In this document: piece by piece, positions 57,470 to 64,000 of the stretch
Layout: each line of letters starts with the position of its first letter
How positions within the stretch are numbered: the stretch's first letter is position 1
Source of the DNA: an uncultured Actinomycetes bacterium
Lineage (GTDB): Bacteria; Actinomycetota; Actinomycetes; Mycobacteriales; Jatrophihabitantaceae
DNA length: 64,000 bases
Assembly: GCA_963828015.1 (NCBI GenBank)
Contig: CAWHCD010000008.1
Span: forward strand, 49,730-113,729
Direction of reading: 5' to 3'
Program-made: the position numbers and the translations under genes
The notes under the pieces: generated by a model
What the model saw: only the letters and a program-made list of their open reading frames with translations
What the model was told of the DNA's origin: nothing
Databases searched by the model: none

Positions 57470-58275
57470 CGACCGCCAAGATCGCCCGCGGCCACCTGAT
57501 CAGCGACTCGTTGCTGATGAGCGTCCGGTTGCTCAAGCAGATCATCCGGGTGCCCGACCTGCTCGTCTTCTCGATCATCCAACCGATCATGTTTGTGCTG
57601 CTGTTCCGCTACGTCTTCGGTGGCTCGATCGACGTCGGCACCGGCCCGTACGTCGACTACCTGATGCCGGGCATCTTCGTGCAGACGTTGCTCTTCAACG
57701 GAGCGGCGACCGGCATCGGAATGGCCGACGACATGCAGAAGGGGCTGGTCGACCGGTTCCGTTCGCTGCCGATTGCGCGCTCCGCGCTGCTGGTTGGGCG
57801 CAGCATCTCCGACCTGTTGCGGTCCACGCTGATCTTCTTCATCATGCTGGCCGTCGGCGTGCTCACCGGGTTCCGCTTCAGCGGCGGCTTCTGGGGCGCG
57901 ATTGCCGGCACCTTGCTGATGCTCGGTTTCAGCTACGCGTTCAGCTGGATCGGCATCTTCATCGGACTCAGCGTGAAGACGGTCGAAGCGGCCCAGTCCG
58001 GCGGCTTCATCTGGCTCTTCCCGCTGACGTTCGTCAGCTCGGCCTTCGTGCAGACCAGTTCGATGCCGAGCTGGTTGCAGGGCTTCGCCAACCACAACCC
58101 GGTGTCGCTGGTGGTCAACAGCGTGCGCCGCCTCTACCTGTCCGCGAGCGTGGCCGACTCCTTCGACGTGCCGTCACTGAGCAGCCAACTGCCACAGGCG
58201 TTGGCCTGGATGGTCGGCGTACTCGTGGTCTTCGTCATCTTGTCGGTGCGCAAGTTCCGCGCCCTGTCGCGCTAA
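57466..58275 (+). CDS. ABC-2 type transporter permease (DrrB-like)
   Basis: 269 aa with 6 TM helices. The start overlaps the ATPase stop (ATGA). Confidence 0.85.
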   Translation: MTTAKIARGHLISDSLLMSVRLLKQIIRVPDLLVFSIIQPIMFVLLFRYVFGGSIDVGTGPYVDYLMPGIFVQTLLFNGAATGIGMADDMQKGLVDRFRSLPIARSALLVGRSISDLLRSTLIFFIMLAVGVLTGFRFSGGFWGAIAGTLLMLGFSYAFSWIGIFIGLSVKTVEAAQSGGFIWLFPLTFVSSAFVQTSSMPSWLQGFANHNPVSLVVNSVRRLYLSASVADSFDVPSLSSQLPQALAWMVGVLVVFVILSVRKFRALSR

Positions 58276-58290
58276 CGCCGCTGGCGGGGT

Positions 58291-58799
58291 TCAGCCGGTG
58301 AACGGGCGAGCCTGCACGAGCGTGACCTGCATCGTCTTGCCGTTGGGCGTCTCGTAGCTGACGGTCTCGCCCTCGCGCGCACCGGTCAGCGCCTGTCCGA
58401 GGGGGACGCGGCTGAGTAGACGTCGATCCCGGCCGTGGCCGCCTCTTCGCGGGAGCCGATCAGGAACGACTCGGCCTCCTCGTCGTCGCCGAAACGCACG
58501 CTGACGACCATGCCCGGTCCGGCCACTCCGTCGCTGACCGGGGCCTCGCCGACCTTGGCCGAGCGCAGCAGCTGCTGCAGCTGCACGATCCGGCCCTCCT
58601 GCTTGCCCTGCTCCTCGCGGGCGGCGTGATAGCCGCCGTTCTCCTTGAGGTCGCCCTCCTCGCGCCGGTCGTTGATCTCCTTGGCCATCGCCGGACGGTT
58701 GGTGATCAGCGTCTCGAGCTCTTTGGACAGCCGGTCGTAAGCGTCCTGGGTCAACCAGGTCGTCGCTGCCTGCGTCGAGGCGATGTCGTTGCTGCTCAC
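58291..58799 (-). pseudogene. greA: transcription elongation factor GreA, interrupted as sequenced by a 1-nt frameshift in a G5/C5 run (58401-58405)
   Basis: The N-terminal 130+ aa ([16 protein letters not shown]...[10 protein letters not shown]) are in the frame of ORF 58386..58835. The C-terminal [30 protein letters not shown] is in the frame ending at 58291. Adding one C to the run restores about 169 aa. Start GTG 58799 (AGGAG 9 nt upstream). Confidence 0.85.
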
Positions 58800-58847
58800 G
58801 TAAAACATCTCCTGCTTGTGGGTTGGTGGGTGCATTCGGTGGCGGCC

Positions 58848-58878
58848 ACTGGAGGCGACTGGAGGCGACTGCGAGGCG
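58848..58878. repeat. three tandem 10-11-bp repeats (ACTGGAGGCG x2, ACTGCGAGGCG) in the greA-mca divergent spacer
   Basis: Read directly: actggaggcg actggaggcg actgcgaggcg. Confidence 0.8.
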
Positions 58879-58946
58879 AGCCGAACGACGAACGTAACAC
58901 CGCATCTGCCGACCAGGCGAAATCAAATCAGTTTCAATCGGGGACA

Positions 58947-59864
58947 ATGGACGCCGTGACGACCCGACCCGACCCCGATCGGCTGCGCCTGATGGCCGTG
59001 CACGCCCACCCCGACGACGAGTCGAGCAAGGGTGCGGCGACGATGGCCCGCTACGTGGACGAGGGCGTCGAGGTGCTCGTGGTCACCTGCACCGGCGGCG
59101 AACGGGGCAGCATCCTGAACCCGGCGCTGAAGGATCGTCCCGACATCGAGGCCAACATCGCTGAGATCCGGCGTAATGAGATGATTCGGGCGCGCGACAT
59201 CCTGGGTGTGCAACAGGTCTGGCTGGGCTTCGTCGACTCCGGCCTGCCCGAGGGCGATCCGCTGCCGCCGGTGCCCGAGGGCAGCTTCGCCACCGTCCCG
59301 CTCGATGTCGCCACCGAGGCGCTCGTCCGTGAGGTCCGGGCGTTCCGCCCGCACGTGATCACGACCTACGACGAGAACGGCGGCTACCCGCACCCCGACC
59401 ACATCATGGTCCACAAGATCAGCGTGGCCGCCTTCGACGCGGCCGCGGACGCGGACCGATATCCGGAGACCGGCGAGCCCTGGCAGCCCTTGAAGCTCTA
59501 CTACGACGTCGGGTTCAGCCTGGCCCGGTTCAAGGCCCTGGACGAGGCGATGACCGTGCGGGGTCTGGAGTCGCCCTTCGCCGAGATGCGCGAGCGCTTC
59601 GCCGAGCGCGCGGCCCAGCCGGAGCGCCGCCTGCCGAACGTGACGACCCGGGTGCCCTGCGGGGACTGGTTCGAACGCCGCGACGCCGCCCTGCTCGCGC
59701 ACGCGACCCAGGTCGATCCGTCGGGGTGGTTCTTCAGCGCGCCCCTGTCGATCCAACGTGAGGTCTGGGGGGTCGAGGAGTTCGAGCTGGTCCAGTCACT
59801 GGTCGACACCACGCTGCCCGAGGACGACCTGTTCGCCGGCGTCCGGGAGAAGGTCAACCCGTGA
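58947..59864 (+). CDS. mca: mycothiol S-conjugate amidase (LmbE/PIG-L family)
   Basis: 305 aa from ATG 58947. [28 protein letters not shown] and HPDH motifs. greA-adjacent as Rv1082. An MshB paralogue cannot be excluded. Confidence 0.8.
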   Translation: MDAVTTRPDPDRLRLMAVHAHPDDESSKGAATMARYVDEGVEVLVVTCTGGERGSILNPALKDRPDIEANIAEIRRNEMIRARDILGVQQVWLGFVDSGLPEGDPLPPVPEGSFATVPLDVATEALVREVRAFRPHVITTYDENGGYPHPDHIMVHKISVAAFDAAADADRYPETGEPWQPLKLYYDVGFSLARFKALDEAMTVRGLESPFAEMRERFAERAAQPERRLPNVTTRVPCGDWFERRDAALLAHATQVDPSGWFFSAPLSIQREVWGVEEFELVQSLVDTTLPEDDLFAGVREKVNP

Positions 59865-60157
59865 TCGCCCCGACCGCGTGGGCCGCGGCCGGCTGGTTGG
59901 CCGATGACGGTCAGGGCGGGGAGAACACCAAGTCCGGGCCGATCGGCCTCGTCGTGATCATCGTGCTCTGCGTGGCCTGCTACTTCCTGTTCAAATCGAT
60001 GTCCAAGCACCTGAAGAAGGTCCGCGAGCACCCGCCGACCGAGCATCTCCGCGAGCGGGACACCGACTCCGCCCGCGACGGTCGCGCCGCCGGCCGACCC
60101 GGCAAGCACGCGAGGACTGAGCTCAGTCCGGTCGCACCCGTCCGCGACCGGCCTTGA
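59861..60157 (+). CDS. small membrane protein of unknown function
   Basis: 98 aa. One TM ([18 protein letters not shown]) and a charged tail. The start overlaps the mca stop (GTGA). The 3' end overlaps convergent arfB. Confidence 0.5.
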   Translation: MIAPTAWAAAGWLADDGQGGENTKSGPIGLVVIIVLCVACYFLFKSMSKHLKKVREHPPTEHLRERDTDSARDGRAAGRPGKHARTELSPVAPVRDRP

Positions 60158-60560
60158 CCTGCGCCCGTTGCTTCTTCGCATCCAGGCGCCGTTGCCGGGC
60201 CGCCCGCGAGGGTCGGGTCGCGCGCCGCTGCACGGCGGGCACGAACGCATCGCGCAGCAGGTTGGTCAAGCGCCCGCGCGCCGCCTGCCGATTCTGCAGT
60301 TGCGAGCGCTGCTCGGACGCGATGATCGTCAGCACGCCGTCGTGCAGGCGCGGGCCCAGCTGCCGCAAGAGGATCTCGCGTTGCGCCTCGTCCAGCGAAG
60401 GTGAGGACGCGATGTCCCAGCTCAGCGCAACCTTGCTGTCGGTGGTGTTCACGCCCTGACCGCCCGGCCCCGAGGATCGGCTGAAGCGTTCCAGCAGTTC
60501 CTCCTCGGCGATCTGCAAACCGTGCGGCAAGCCGCGGCTCGGGGGCAGGACCAGGTTCAT
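60123..60560 (-). CDS. arfB: alternative ribosome-rescue factor ArfB (peptidyl-tRNA hydrolase, GGQ domain)
   Basis: 145 aa from ATG 60560. SSGPGGQGVNTTDSKV is the GGQ motif, with a basic C-terminal tail ([30 protein letters not shown]). There is no in-frame stop separating it from the pepP C-terminus upstream. Confidence 0.85.
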   Translation of the reverse strand: MNLVLPPSRGLPHGLQIAEEELLERFSRSSGPGGQGVNTTDSKVALSWDIASSPSLDEAQREILLRQLGPRLHDGVLTIIASEQRSQLQNRQAARGRLTNLLRDAFVPAVQRRATRPSRAARQRRLDAKKQRAQVKAGRGRVRPD

Positions 60561-62020
60561 CGGAGCGGCCGGCGTGGCCTGCACGTCGCGCATCCAGGCG
60601 GTGATCTCGTCCGGGTCGCGCGGCAACGCGGCCGACAGGTTTACCGCCGCGCCGTCGGTCACCAGGATGTCGTCCTCGATGCGGACCCCGATGCCGCGCA
60701 ACTCCGGTGGGACGGTGCGGTCGTTGACCTGGAAGTACAGGCCTGGCTCGACCGTGAGGACGTAGCCGCTCTGCAGCGGGCCGTCGCGGTAGAGCTCATT
60801 GCGGGCCGCGGCGCAATCGTGCACGTCGATGCCGAGCATGTGCGAGGTGCCGTGCAGGCGTGTAGCGCCGATGCAGCCCGGCGCCGGGTCGTTCGGGGTC
60901 CGGATCGCAGGCGACGTCGGCGCTGACCGTCGAGGATCCCCACGAATGCAGGTGATCGGCGATCACGTACATGGCGGCGCGGTGGGCGGCGAGGAAGTCG
61001 GCGCCGGCCTTCACCTCGGCGATGCCGGCCTGCTGGGCCTCCTCGACCGCGCGGTAGACCTGCAGCTGCGCGGGCGTCCACTGCCCGTCCACCGGCATGG
61101 TCCGGGTGACGTCGGCGGTGTAGAGCTCGTCGGTCTCGATGCCCATGTCGGCCAGCAGCAACTGGCCCGGTTCGATGCGGCCGTGGTTGCGCCACCAGTG
61201 CAGCACGGTGCCGTGCGCGCCGGCCCCGACGATCGAGGTGTAGCCGACCTCGTTGCCCTCCAGCCGCGCCCGCCGCCAGAAGGTGCCCTCCAGCCAGCGC
61301 TCGCCGCGCACGTCGCCGCGCCCGAGCACGTGCGGTAGTTCGCGGACGACGTCGGCGAACCCACGGGCGGTCGCGTCGCAGGCGTGGCGCAGCCGCTCGA
61401 TCTCCCACTCGTCCTTGGCCAGGCGCAGCTCGTCGATGACCTCGGCCAGGTTGCCGCCGCTCGCCTGCGGCAGCAGCTGTTCGACGTCGGGGTCGAAGCC
61501 GGTAAGGACCAGGGCCGCCGCCCGGTGACCGGTCAGGGCGGCCCGCAGGTCGCCCAGCCCGCGAGTGGTCGACGTCCAGCACCGCGGCGGTCTCGGCCGG
61601 TGTGGGAACGTTGCCGACCCAGACCGCGCCCTGGGTGCGGCTGGCGAAGTAGGCCAGTTGCCCCGGGCCGGCGTACTCGCGGACGTACAACGTCGCCTCA
61701 TGGGTGACGCCGACCGGAGCCAGGACGAGCACTGCGCCCTCGACGGTCTCGCCGGTGAGCCAGGTGAACGCGCTGCTGGCCCGGAAGGCGTAGTCGGTGT
61801 CGTTGGCCCGCGGGCGCAGCACCCCGGCTGGGATCACCAGCAAGGCGCCCGGAAAGCGGGCCGAGAGCGCCGCCCGCCGTCGGGCCGCGTACGGCGCACC
61901 GTCGGGACGGGCCGGATGCGGCATCGGTGGGGCCGGGTCCCACCCTTGGGCGATCGCCTCGCGCAGCGGGGTGGGGAGCGCGAGGTCGTAGGAGTTCGCG
62001 TCCGCCGGCGGCTCAGTCAT
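60561..62020 (-). pseudogene. pepP: Xaa-Pro aminopeptidase (M24B, PepP-like) split over three frames as sequenced
   Basis: The N-domain (MTEPPADANSYDL...AAVLDV) is in frame A. The middle part (TTRGLGDLRAALTG...DMGIETDELYTADVTRT...IADHLHSWG...GLHRRYT) is in frame B. The catalytic C-terminus (LHGTSHMLGIDVHDC...GIGVRIEDDILVT) is in frame C. The junctions are near 61566-61576 and 60857-60858. Confidence 0.8.
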
Positions 62021-62169
62021 GCCTCGATCGTAGGCAGTCCCGGTCCCGTGCAGTGGGCCGCTCGATGAATCGTTAGCTGGGCAAACGTTTGGCTGGTCAG
62101 TGCCAAATGTTTACCGAACGGGCAATCAGGGTTCACCGCTGCTCGATCCCGCAGGCGCCTCGCCGGCCT

Positions 62170-62613
62170 CGCCCCGCCCACTGGGCGGCGCAAGAGCACG
62201 GTCTACACGATCACCCGGCCGGGTCGGCGGGCGCTGGCCGAGTGGCTGGGCCAGCCCAGCGCGATGACCCAGATCGAGTCCGAGGCGGTGATGAAGGTGT
62301 TCTTCGCCGACCAGGGTGGCCCGGATGAGCTGCGGCGAACGATCGAGGGCATGCGGGCGAATGCGCAGGCGGCCGTGGATCGGCTCAGCAGCTTTGCCGC
62401 CGACGCCCTCGACGGTGAGTCGCCGTTCCCGGAGCGGCTGAGCACCACCATGTTTCCGATGCGGCTGATCAGCGAGCTGCACCGCACGATCTATGACTGG
62501 ACGGGCTGGATGGCGGACGAACTCGACGTCCTCGAGTCCGGCGACGAGCAGGCGATCGCCACCCATACGACGGCGACCGCGCGCCAGATCCGCGACCAGG
62601 GATCATGGGGCAG

Positions 62614-62617
<4 letters not shown>
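62170..62617 (+). pseudogene. PadR-family regulator remnant (C-terminal domain intact, wHTH region degraded/truncated)
   Basis: GRRKSTVYTITRPGRRALAEWL and VMKVFFADQGGPDELRRTIEGMR match the end of the PadR wHTH plus the PadR_C domain. Upstream, Padr-like fragments (SWANVW / QMFTERAIR / LLDPAG) appear in three different frames, an in-frame TGA lies at 62066, and too little room remains before pepP. Confidence 0.55.

Positions 62618-64000
<1,383 letters not shown>

Noticed and set aside
58291-58947. 218-aa minus-strand ORF spanning the greA region
   Set aside because: Only its last ~35 codons carry GreA C-terminal sequence. The remainder is out-of-frame Arg/Gly-rich read-through over the true greA frame.

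Overview
High-GC actinobacterial chromosome segment. The evidence for this placement is the mycothiol amidase gene mca, a LAXTG sorting signal, and core gene order resembling M. tuberculosis Rv1011-Rv1026 and Rv1077-Rv1082. I call about 58 protein genes and one tRNA. No transposase, integrase, CRISPR array or rRNA is present.

Layout:
- 1-9.4 kb, housekeeping: TetR fragment, ABC-F ATPase, ispE, rplY, pth, ada-alkA/ogt, ppc.
- 9.4-30.8 kb, a mosaic Wzx/Wzy-type surface-glycopolymer locus in many short alternating-strand units. It holds a priming sugar transferase, three GT4-type and two GT2 glycosyltransferases, a flippase, a polymerase/ligase-like protein, a NodB deacetylase, a BY-kinase, an LMW-PTP, a TagD-like cytidylyltransferase, a CDP-alcohol phosphatidyltransferase, a lipoprotein and a 1,923-aa secreted protein with 8 PKD domains.
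- 30.8-64 kb, core genes: mfd, a DUF4012/LAXTG envelope operon, mazG, eno, ftsB, DUF501, ppx, UDG, ndh, tRNA, ppk2, cbs, metB, acuC, an AAA+/vWA pair, a DrrAB-like ABC exporter, greA, mca, arfB, pepP, a PadR remnant and a DUF255 thioredoxin-domain gene.

Most interesting observations:
1. A recurring hairpin with an AT-rich stem and a GGGG loop sits on the ribosome-binding sites of several envelope genes. It includes an exact 17-mer shared by two 5' leaders and a mutually exclusive twin hairpin over a start codon.
2. A perfectly formed 76-nt class-I tRNA whose hand-folded anticodon is UAA (Leu/TTA type) lacks a long variable arm.
3. Five near-identical, mosaic 255-bp tandem PKD-coding repeats lie in the giant gene.
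4. The BY-kinase has an unusual acidic Pro/Glu repeat tail.
5. Apparent single-base frameshifts are numerous, mostly in homopolymer runs, and concentrated at 58-64 kb. They cannot be separated from sequencing error without reads.

Everything here comes from hand translation and folding. No searches were run.
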